A DNA stretch of 64,000 nt. Source: Prasinococcaceae sp. CCMP 1430. Taxonomy: Eukaryota > Plantae > Prasinodermophyta. This document shows, in pieces, positions 1 through 9,319 of this stretch; the stretch's first letter is position 1; each line of letters opens with the position of its first letter. The stretch lies in contig RQSC01000031.1 in assembly GCA_013416795.1 (NCBI GenBank), forward strand, positions 75,193 to 139,192. Direction: 5' to 3'. The notes under the pieces are model-generated. The model was not told the DNA's origin. It worked only from the letters and a program-made list of their open reading frames with translations, and searched no databases. A program made the position numbers and the translations under genes.

Positions 1-2087
1 TCTGCCGGTACCATGCAAAAGAAATGTCCCGACGCACGAACAACCTCGCGCAGGCCACCGCGTGCGCCCCCAGCAAAGAGCCATGGATGCTTGGAGCGCA
101 ACATTGGCAGAGCGAGGTCAACATACGCACGCGATCGCGACATTGCGCCGGAGCGTTTCACGCGGTACCAGCTCGAAAGCCCACCAACTTTGTGTGTCTG
201 CACCCCTCGCGCGAGCATGGTCAGCCAGAGGGAGTAATCCTCGTTGCCGAAGATCATGTCTAGGGGATAGCCCCCAGCCGCTTCAAAGACGCCTCTACTG
301 AAGACAGTTGTAACCGGAAATGGGCCGCGCTGCGCCGCGTAACTGAGAGTCATATTCGGAGCTAGAAACCACACGCTCCCGACAGCAGGGTCGTCGCCAA
401 AGGTTGCCTGATCGGCGTACAGTAACTGCGCGCGCCCGTGCGTCGCGCGCAGCCCTAGCGCAACCCGCGCAAGAAAATCTGGCGCGAGCACGTCGTCTGC
501 ATCCAGTGGCAGCACGTAGGGCGCGCGTGCCAGCTCGAAGATAGCGCGATTGCGAGTAGCTGCTAATCCCAAGTTGGACGCGGAGCGCTCGATAACAATC
601 CGGTGCTGATAGTGAGGGCACCCCGAATGCTCATCACAGCCGTATCGCGCGCGTGCGGAGCTCGCTTTTGTTTCGAGAGTAGAGGAGAAGTCGTCGATTG
701 CGCCCTGCGCTACGTCGGCGCATGTCGCCTTCGAGAGTCTGCCGTCTGCAGGAGCTTTGTTCCGCGGCAACATGACGCCATTGCTCGGCACGGGCGGGCT
801 ATGATCGTCGACGACAATGAGCTCCCAGGCGACGAAGCTCTGCGCGAACACCGATGCAACGGCGTCGCGGACGAAGCGTTCCTGAGCGTAGCATGGCACG
901 ATGACGCTGAAAAGCGGACGCTCGGGAGACCACGTCTGCCCATCCCAGCCGTACCAAGCGGTTTGTTCTGCGGTTGTCAACTTGATAGAGGGCTGTGGAA
1001 ATGTGCAGCGAGGCGTAGTACTGGTGTCCATCGGGGATTCGGATGCAGGGAGATCTTCTGAATTCCAACAGCAGCTTCGTCGCTTGCATTGGCGCGCGTT
1101 GAAGCCCTGCTCTGGAGAGCCACAGTCCATTCGTCTTCCTGTCGCAAGAGCAGCAAATCCATAACCTATCCCTGGCGCGAGCACGCGCGCGCTGGCATTG
1201 GCGTGCGGCTCGTGTGGCATCCGACACACGCCATGCACGGGCACGTCTGCTTCTGACTCCTTCATGTCCATCGCAGAGATTCTGCGCACGGAAGGCGCGT
1301 AACACCTGGGGTATCCCTTCTCGCGCGCCCCAACCAGAGCTCTGGCGGCCTTCGCAGCAGCTCGCCTGATGCTCCCGAGCATGCGTGTGGCCAACGAGAT
1401 TTTCAGGTCGCCAGCAGTGGCCCCGCCGCCCGTAGCCGTCATGCTCCGCGTCTGGAGTTGATGCTGTCCTTCATGCCCCCCTCCGCCCGTGCTTTCCTGC
1501 TGCATGCTGCCAGAGGGCAGTCCTTCTGTGTCCTCGCCCCTCCAGCAGCACCCGACGGCTAAGCAGTCCTCTGCGCGTATTCCGTCAAAGCCGCAGCCCG
1601 CTGCGGTACGCAAGTCGTAAGAGCTCTCGTCGCAGTTGCCTAGATCTGATTCGACGCGACTAATCCCAGCAACAACACCACTCTTGCCCCCCGCTGACAG
1701 ACGCACGCGCGAGCTGCCGCGTGCCGTTGCTTCGCTGTCGGTCAAGACAACATCTGCAGCTTTGGAGGTCATGAAGAGCCGTTCGCGCGAATAGCCCACT
1801 TGCACTCCACATCGCGTGTCCAACACAACGTCACGGTGTGCTGCTGTTGCACCCGTGCCTCCTGACGGCCTGCTTGAGGACACTGTGTTGCCTTCAGCAG
1901 GCCACGACACCCAGCGTCGCGACAGTGTGGGACCTAGCAGAGCTGTGAACGGTGAGGCGCTGCCTAATATCGCAAGCAACAGCAATGGCGCGGCTGCAAG
2001 CATCAACAGCAGCAGCAATAGCAGCAGCAGCGCATGCACTCGCGGAGGCGCGCACCGCCACGAGCGCCGCGCCGCACGCCGCCGCAT
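1..2087 (-). CDS. Type II membrane glycosyltransferase family 2 with two trefoil (P-type)-like Cys motifs; runs off the left window edge
   Basis: Manual translation of the minus strand gives an open frame from ATG 2087 to base 1, missing from the ORF track because no stop lies in the window. It reads MRRRAARR, then a Leu-rich TM, CGFDGIRAEDCLAVGCCW, RMDCG...C...CCW...PRCTFP, then the GT2 motifs FSVIVPCYAQERFVRDAVASVFAQ..WELIVVDD, NLGLAATRNRA and LPLDADD. Confidence 0.85.
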   Translation of the reverse strand, partial: MRRRAARRSWRCAPPRVHALLLLLLLLLMLAAAPLLLLAILGSASPFTALLGPTLSRRWVSWPAEGNTVSSSRPSGGTGATAAHRDVVLDTRCGVQVGYSRERLFMTSKAADVVLTDSEATARGSSRVRLSAGGKSGVVAGISRVESDLGNCDESSYDLRTAAGCGFDGIRAEDCLAVGCCWRGEDTEGLPSGSMQQESTGGGGHEGQHQLQTRSMTATGGGATAGDLKISLATRMLGSIRRAAAKAARALVGAREKGYPRCYAPSVRRISAMDMKESEADVPVHGVCRMPHEPHANASARVLAPGIGYGFAALATGRRMDCGSPEQGFNARQCKRRSCCWNSEDLPASESPMDTSTTPRCTFPQPSIKLTTAEQTAWYGWDGQTWSPERPLFSVIVPCYAQERFVRDAVASVFAQSFVAWELIVVDDHSPPVPSNGVMLPRNKAPADGRLSKATCADVAQGAIDDFSSTLETKASSARARYGCDEHSGCPHYQHRIVIERSASNLGLAATRNRAIFELARAPYVLPLDADDVLAPDFLARVALGLRATHGRAQLLYADQATFGDDPAVGSVWFLAPNMTLSYAAQRGPFPVTTVFSRGVFEAAGGYPLDMIFGNEDYSLWLTMLARGVQTHKVGGLSSWYRVKRSGAMSRSRAYVDLALPMLRSKHPWLFAGGARGGLREVVRASGHFFCMVPA

Positions 2088-2780
2088 CGCCGCCAAGCGC
2101 GCGCAGCGGCGAGCACAACGAATCCCGCGCGCGACGGCGCCGCAGGCGCGGCCCCGCTTGCGTGTGTGGCGCGCCCCGCGCTCGCGCCCGACCCCTCTGT
2201 CCGGCGCAGGGCGCCCGCGCGCGCTGCTGCTGCCTGCCTTCGGTGCTGCTGCTGCCAGCGCCTACGCGCCAAGACATCACACAGTGTTGAGCACATGTCA
2301 AAATCAAAGCCTTTTTGCCCCACCTTGTTTTTCTTTGTTGCTGAGCGTCATCATACTCTGCCGCTCCTTCCACGCGGCGACGTCAAAGCCACACTCCGTC
2401 AACCTTCGCATCAACTCACACGACGCGAGCACGCAAAGGCGCCCATGGGTTCCCCGGGGCGCGAGGCGCCAGCACCGGTGTGTGCTGCACGCGGTCGCGC
2501 CGGCCGCGCCCGCGCAGCGCGCGCGGAAGGCGAGGCCCGTCCTAGGCGGGGACGCGGACGCCGCGACCGAACTGTGTTGTGGCCGGAGGATTACGCCACT
2601 CCGGCTATCTCGTGCACAGGCGAGCGAGCGGCGCGCCAGGAGGTCACAACGGTATTACAGATTGGTAGTTGCATTAGAGCAGACAGATACAAGCAGAGTA
2701 GCATGTGAGTGCTTGGCAATTTTGGTGTGCGCAGGGCCTCGTTCGCGACGTCGCGTCAACGGCATGGTGGCATCGCGTCG

Positions 2781-4330
2781 TCAGGGTGGCGGTAGACTGA
2801 ACGGCGGCGTGGCATCGAGCGGCTCGTTGAGCTTGCGGCGCATGAAGGCATAAATGTCGGCGTGATTGCGCGCGCTTGCCTCCTGCACGGTGATGAAGGG
2901 CCACCGCGCCCACTCCTTCTCGAAGAGCGAAGCGCCACGGGCACCAACGAAGTAGCCGATCAGCGCGTGCCGCTTGGCGGGCTCGGTCCACACGAAGACT
3001 TCCCTACCGATGTGCGCCAGACTGCCGTCGAGCACATCGACGTCCCCGCCGGGCGCGCCATGATCGGCGGCGCCGGCGATTCCAATGGCCCCACCGCCAG
3101 CCCGCTCCTCGACTGCCATGCGCAAAAAGCCGGCAGCGGGCACCAGCATGAGCGAGTGCACCTGCAGGCACTCCTTGCAGCGGAAGCGCGTGGAGAAAAC
3201 GCTCAGGAAGGCCTCCGGGTGCCGCCGCTCCATCTGGACCAGGTAACTGCGCAGGAAGGGGCGCGGCGCGTGGCTGGGGTAGTAGCCATCGCGCAGCAGC
3301 GTGCGCTCGCACTGCTTGCAGCCCGCGCAGCCCGCGCGCACCGCGTAAGCGCGAGCGGTGGGCCCGCCCTGTGCGCCTTTGAAAAGGCGCTTGGCGACGT
3401 GCAGCCAGCTCTCATCCTTGTGCTCATAGCCCGTCATCCATCGCAGGCCGCCAGCACGCGGGAAAAACACAGGGGGCTCGATGGGGCGCGTGATGAGCAT
3501 GTCGTCGTTGAGGAATACAAAGGCCTCCGCGAGCCCCGGCACGCGGTGCAGGTAGGCCTCCTTGGCGTACGCGCTGAAGTATGGCCAGTTGGCAAGCGCC
3601 TCGCTCGGGTACATGTCACGAGAGAGCACCACGCGCACGTCTGGCATAGCGGCCACCTCAGCGGGCACCTCGTCGGCGTAGTCGACAATCACGTGGATGG
3701 TGCGCAGGCCCAGCAGGTTTCGCCGCGCGAGTTTCACGCTGAGAGCGAACACATCCATATCGTCGTCCTCCTCTTTCGCCGTGCCGTTGATGGGCACGTT
3801 GCGGACGATCCCATGGTGCTCCTCCGCGAGCGCCGCCGCATAAGCCTCGCGCACGCTCGGCGACGATTCGCGGTTGTGGTACGTGTACACGGCATCGTAA
3901 GACAGCCAATCGGCCTTGTAGATCGGGTAGGGACAGGGCAGCGAGAGAGCAGGCGAGGGGAAGGGAGGGGTGGGGTGTGTGTGGGGAGTGTCGTGTGTGA
4001 GCGCGAAGACCAGGAGACCGCTCGGCCGCGCACTCGAGCGCCTGGCTGCGATGCGGGCGGTGCAGGCACCAACAGTGCGTCTCGATGGCCGTGCCCTGAC
4101 GTTTGCGCCACGTACCTGCTTCTCCGCCGCGAGGGTGACCGGCGGCCCAGCGCTGCACTCAGCCCGCGCGCCGTACGCGCGGCGCGGCACGCCGTCGATC
4201 AACAGCTGTGGCGCACCCACAGCTGCGCCAGCACCTGAGGTGAGGCACGCCAGCACGCCGATGACGGCGAGCGCGCCACAGGCGGCACACGCAGCACGCG
4301 AGCGCACGTAACGGTCCACGACGCCCTGTG
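2781..4330 (-). CDS. Stealth-family hexose-1-phosphotransferase; start codon unresolved
   Basis: Motifs DAVYTY and AYLHRVPGLAEAFVFLNDDMLITRPIEPPVFF match Stealth CR1/CR2. N-terminal TM segment ALAVIGVLACLT. Probable in-frame intron 4115-3915. Confidence 0.85.
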
Positions 4331-4419
4331 CCGAGGAGAGCGCCGACGCCGCAGGAGCTGCCAGGGGGGCCGCGCCCCTGCCTGGCTGCGGCGCTGCGGC
4401 GGTTGCGCCCTGCAGCGCG

Positions 4420-5095
4420 GCGGCCGCAGAGGGCGCCGACGCCGCAGCGGACGAGCTGGCCAAGCTGGCCGTGGGCGACAAGGAGAAGGTGCGTGCGCGT
4501 GCGCGTGCGCGGGCGACCGAGCTTGCATCTCTACCACCCCGCCCGCCCTTTCTCTGCTGCTCTCGCTCACGCACGCACGCGTGCGCGTGCGCACCTGCAC
4601 ACGCCCACACTGGTCGCTTTACCCACGCCCCGCGCATCCGCGCAGAAGAGCGGCAAGGGCGGCAAGAAGAAGAAGAAGGAGAAGGAGCTCGTGGTGACCA
4701 AGGCCGTGCGCAACAAGCGCAAGTGCATCACGACCGTGACGGGCCTGCACCATTGGAAGGTCAAGCTGTCGGAAGGTGCGTATTGGGGACGGCCGTGCGC
4801 ATGCATCTCTCCCCGAGTTACCACCGCCACGCACACGCGCACACATGCCTGCGTGCATTCGCACACGTCTCTGACCCGCGCGCGGGGGCGCTGGCACGCA
4901 GCGTCCAAGCTCTTCGGAAAGAAGTTCGCATGCGGCGCGAGCGTCACCAAGAACGCGTCGCAGGTGGAGGAGATCGACATCCAGGGGGACTGCCTGTACG
5001 AGGTCACCGAGCTCATTCTCAAGAAGTACCCCGATGTCGACAAGGACGCCATCTACTGGGTGGAGGACAAGAAGAAGCGCAAGGCGGACCTCTGA
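4420..5095 (+). CDS. DENR: Density-regulated protein (SUI1-domain reinitiation factor); first exon not found
   Basis: Spliced peptide RNKRKCITTVTGL...KLSEASKLFGKKFACGASVTK...EEIDIQGD is typical of DENR/Tma22. Introns 4489-4645 and 4776-4901 (GT..AG); the second was checked to restore frame. Confidence 0.85.
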
Positions 5096-5279
5096 GGGGG
5101 CAGAGCTCTTAAGGGGCCTGCGCGTGCAAAGGAAGGAGCACGCGCGCGCGCGCTCGCTTAACACGCCCATGTAGTGTGCGTCCATGCAAGCGCGTGCGCT
5201 CGCCGCGTGTGCGTGCGTCTGCATTTCGTGCGTGGATGTGGGCATGCGTGTGTGGAAGCGCACGAAATCGAGTGGCGCA

Positions 5280-6570
5280 TTACATGTCCGGGCTCTCCGG
5301 CCTGTCCGACGTGTCGTAGTCACGCAGCGGGTAGGTCTGTACGCGGCTCGAGTCGGCGTCGGCCCACATCCAGTCCTTGTCGGCGTGCTTGCGGAAGAAG
5401 GCCTCCTCGCTCCACTCCGGCGGCGCCTCACGCGCGTCCTTCTCCACGTCCGCCGGCTCGAACCACTTGCCGGCCTCGCGCGAGATGAGCCGCGTGGGCG
5501 AGATGAAGAGGTCGGCGTTCTGCGGGTCGAGCAGGAAGGCCTCGGGCGCGTCGTCCCTCCCCATCGCCACCACGGTGGAGCCGCTGCCCGACATGAACAC
5601 GGCGTCGTAGGGCCTCCCCTCCGCCTCGGCCATGCGCGCGAGGTCCTCCTTGATCTGCCTGATGCGCGGCACGACGTCGAGCGCGGGCGGCTCGAGGTCG
5701 TTCACGCAGAGCTCGTCGCTGGCCCCCTCGGTCCGCAGCCGCGCCATGAGCTCCTCCGGGTCGGCCCCTTGCGGCCGCTCGCCCGGCGCCAGGCCGAGTC
5801 CCTTGAAGATGGCGGGCGTGGGGCAGCTCTCTGGGGGCTTGACGAGCAAGAGGGGGGTCGCGAGGCTGAGCGGGGGCTCCACGTCCTCCACGAGGTCCCC
5901 GCGCCCCGTGACGTACGCCGCGCCCGCCGAGAAGAAGAAGGGGCAGTCCGAGCCGATCTCGGCGGACCACTCCAGCAGCTGCGCCTCGCTCGCGAGCCTG
6001 CCGCACATCTCGTTGGCTGCCCAGAGCGCGGTCGCGCCGTTGGCGGAGCCGCCGCCGAGGCCGGCCCCCGTGGGCACGACCTTGGTGAGGTTTGCGGCGA
6101 AGCGCTGCTCCGCGCCGGTCTTCTCGCGGTAGAGCGCGAACGCGCGCAGCACGAGGTTGGTGTCGTCGGTGGGCACGTCGGGGGTGTTGGCAACGAGCCG
6201 GTCCTCGTCGCCGTCGATGGCCATGACCTCGAGCGCGTCGCCGAGCGCGATGGCGTGGAAGAGGCTCGCGAGGTCGTGGAAGCCGTCCTCGCGCCGCTCT
6301 GTCACGCGCAGGAAGAGGTTGATCTTCGAGGGCGAGAAGAGCGCCAGCCGCGCGGGGCCCGACGCGCCGTGCAGCTGCGCGTGCTCCGCGCGCCACGAGG
6401 GCTCGTCCGCGGCGAGCGCCTCCGCCTGCGCGGCGATGTCGCCCGAGTACGTCACGTAGTCGGTGCCCTTCTTCACGTTGCGCAGCGGGTCGTACGTCGA
6501 CGGGAACGGCGCGATGGAGCCGCGCTGCAGGCCCGCCGTCTCGCCCGGCCGCGGCATGCGCGCGCCGTGC
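5280..6570 (-). CDS. ispE: 4-diphosphocytidyl-2-C-methyl-D-erythritol kinase (MEP pathway); transit-peptide exon unresolved
   Basis: SPSKINLFLRV, DGFHDLASLF, VPTGAGLGGGSANGA (GHMP ATP loop), GSDCPFF and VFMSGSGS motifs; strong GC3 bias. Confidence 0.95.
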
Positions 6571-6919
6571 TCGCGCCCGCCACCAAAGGGAGTCAGCGCG
6601 AGCGCGAGCGCTGGCGCGGATCTAACACACGTTTTGCGCCCAAACGAAAAAAAAAAAACGCATGCGGAATCGCCATCACCCCGGGCGGATCGCGCCCACA
6701 TGGCGCGCGCGCATGCGTCCGGATCGCACGCGCTGGGACGGCGTTTCGATGACCGGGTCCATCTGGGGGAGAGCCCACCTTGACCCTGGTAGGTGGGCAG
6801 GGTGTGTGAGGATAGACCGGGTATTCTGGGGCCCGGCCCTGGAACGCGTGCGTATATGGCTATATGCGCCCCGCCGTTGCCGGCGCCGGGCGCGGTGGAG
6901 GGGGTTCCGCAGGCGGCGG

Positions 6920-7125
6920 CGCACACACACACACGCGCTTCACCAACATGCGCACGCGCGCGCGCGCGCACGCACACGCACACACACACACACACAGGCA
7001 CACACGGGCACACACAGACTGGCACACAGGCACACACACATGCGCGCACACACACACGCACACACACAGGCACACAAACACACACACACACACACACTGC
7101 ACATAGACACTGAACACACACACGC
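6920..7125. repeat. Imperfect (CA)n/(CG)n microsatellite
   Basis: Direct reading: long runs of CACACACA interrupted by CG or GG. Confidence 0.9.
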
Positions 7126-7265
7126 GGAGCCGCCAGCCACCCACTGCACAGACGCCATTGCCGCTGCCGCGCGCTCCGACCGCGCCCGACCGACGCGTGG
7201 GGGTGCCGCTTCCCGGGATCGATTCGTGGGCTCGCGGCGCGGGCGCGAGGCGGCGCGCGCGCGGC

Positions 7266-7313
7266 NNNNNNNNNNNNNNNNNNNNNNNNNNNNNNNNNNN
7301 NNNNNNNNNNNNN
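7266..7313. other. Assembly gap (48 N)
   Basis: Run of N in the sequence; single Ns also occur at 28896 and 44293. Confidence 1.
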
Positions 7314-7991
7314 AAGGAGGCGGTCGCGCAACTCTTCGACACTGCAATCGCGCCCGCATCGACGGCGCAGCGGAAACTCTGGTGCGCAGTCTACTCCCGG
7401 CAGTTCAGCGAGCGCGCGGGAAAGGACGGCGAGGCGGGGGCGGCAGCGGCGCGGACGGGCAGGCCCCAGGGGAGGGGGGCCGCCCCGGGCGACCAGCAAT
7501 GCAGGGGAGGGGCGGAATGGCGATCGGCGGCGCCATGTGGCGACGGGTGCCCACCTGCGGCCGCAGCCGCCGCCTTCGCCGCCGCGGCCTCCGCGCCGGC
7601 GATGAGGGCGTCCTTTTTTGGGCGCGGCGCGCGACGAGCGCGTCTCGGGCTGCGAGGCGGCGCGCCCCTGGCGCCGCCGCGGGGGCAGGCGAGGGATGCT
7701 TCCCTCCCGCGCGCGCCCCCAGGCGCGTGCTTCCGTGCAACGCCCCTCAGACGCGCCGCCCGGGCACTCCCCTGTCGCGCTCAGCTCCCACCTGCGGCGG
7801 GGGTTTGGGGAGGGCCCGCGGCCCGCGGTGCGCGGCGGCTCACTCGCCGCCGTCGCCGCCGCTGCACCTGGCCGCGATCGAGCGGGCGGCAAGGGTTGCA
7901 GACCGCGCGGCGAAACGCGCGTGTGCTTGGGTGGAACCGACCGCGCGCGTGGCGCGGGAGCGCCTTCCTTGAACCATTGCGCCCCGTCGCC

Positions 7992-8516
7992 ATGGCTGCC
8001 GCGGCTGCAGGCGGGCTGAGGAGGGAGAGCGTGCGCCACATGCCCGCCGTGCTGACCCTCGTGCGCCGCACGCACGCTCACCCATGCACCCTCTCTGAAA
8101 AGGCGGCGCCGCGCCGCGATGTGGCGGTGTGCGCCCGTGTTGCTGGTGTGGACATCCCCAACAACAAGCGCGTGGAGGTCGCCCTGACGTACGTGTACGG
8201 CGTGGGCCCCACCAAGGCCAAGGACATCCTTGCGGTGACCGGCGTGGAGAACAAGCGCGTGCGTGAGCTCAGCGAGGACGAGCTGACGCTGCTGCGTAAT
8301 GAGCTGGCCGACACGGACAAGCACATGCTCGAGGGTGACCTGCGCCGCGTGCGGCTGGGCAACGTGAAGCGCCTGATCGACACCCAGTGCTACCGCGGCA
8401 AGCGCCACCAGAACAACCTGCCCTGCCGCGGCCAGAAGACCAAGACCAACGCCAGGCAGCGCAAGGGCAAGAAGGTCGCTATCGCGGGCAAGAAGAAGGC
8501 GCCCACCGCCCGCTAA
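7992..8516 (+). CDS. rps13: Nucleus-encoded organellar (probably plastid) 30S ribosomal protein S13
   Basis: [25 protein letters not shown]...EGDLRR...CYRGKRH...[13 protein letters not shown] is the bacterial-type uS13 signature. Ala/Arg-rich N-terminal extension; possible intron 8031-8102. Confidence 0.93.
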   Translation: MAAAAAGGLRRESVRHMPAVLTLVRRTHAHPCTLSEKAAPRRDVAVCARVAGVDIPNNKRVEVALTYVYGVGPTKAKDILAVTGVENKRVRELSEDELTLLRNELADTDKHMLEGDLRRVRLGNVKRLIDTQCYRGKRHQNNLPCRGQKTKTNARQRKGKKVAIAGKKKAPTAR

Positions 8517-9319
8517 TTGCGGAGCGCGCGCGAGAGTAACATAGGAGTCTTGCTGAATTATTGAGCTGAGCCGGCCGGCACAAGTCCGGTGCAGGCGCCG
8601 GCACGGGGCCGCTCTGTCGTCGCCGCGCGGGCGGCCCTCTCGAGCGCGGCGGCGGGCACCTGGCGTGGGTCCTCGCCGGGGAGGAAGCCGCACCCTCGCA
8701 CACACGTGTGTGCGCGTGCGCCCCGCCGAGGCGCACGCGCGCTCGGTGCACCCCCCGGTCCCGAGACGCTCGTCCGCTCCGTGCGCCCATCTCTCGGAAA
8801 GCTATTTCAGCTTCGCACGCATTTTTTAGTTCGCCGCGAACGGATCATTTCCCGCACATCGCTTCGAATGCGCGTCGAAATCCGTACCGCGGAAAATTCC
8901 GTGTTTGCTGGGGCGCGTTCCCCCACCGGCGGCGGGCTCGGCCGCGCGCGTTCGAACCGCGCCGGCCCGTTGACTGCCCGTTGCGCGCCTACGCCCCCGG
9001 CGGGCAGCCGCGCGGCGCCGCGCCGACGCCCCCGGCAGCAGCGGAGGGTGTGCGTGTGGGTGTGGGTGTGGGTGTGGGCGCGGGTACGGGTATGGGTGTG
9101 GCGGGTATGGGGAGGGGGCATCCTGAGTGCCGCACGGGCGTCTGCAGGAGGAGAAGAGCGGCGGCGGCACATCGCGCGGTGCTGGCGCTCGTCGCCACGC
9201 GGCAAGCAAGGACCCCTTTCTTGCCCTTGTCCCCCACCCCCCCCCCCCCCCCCCCCTTCCCTTGTCGTGTCAGGGAGGAAACGCGCACGCGTGGTGTGGA
9301 CGCGCGCGACGCGCGCGTG

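Noticed and set aside
5280-8705. 1141-aa ORF suggesting a large N-terminal extension on IspE
   Set aside because: It reads through a microsatellite, the N-gap and the antisense strand of rps13; only about 5280-6570 is IspE-like.
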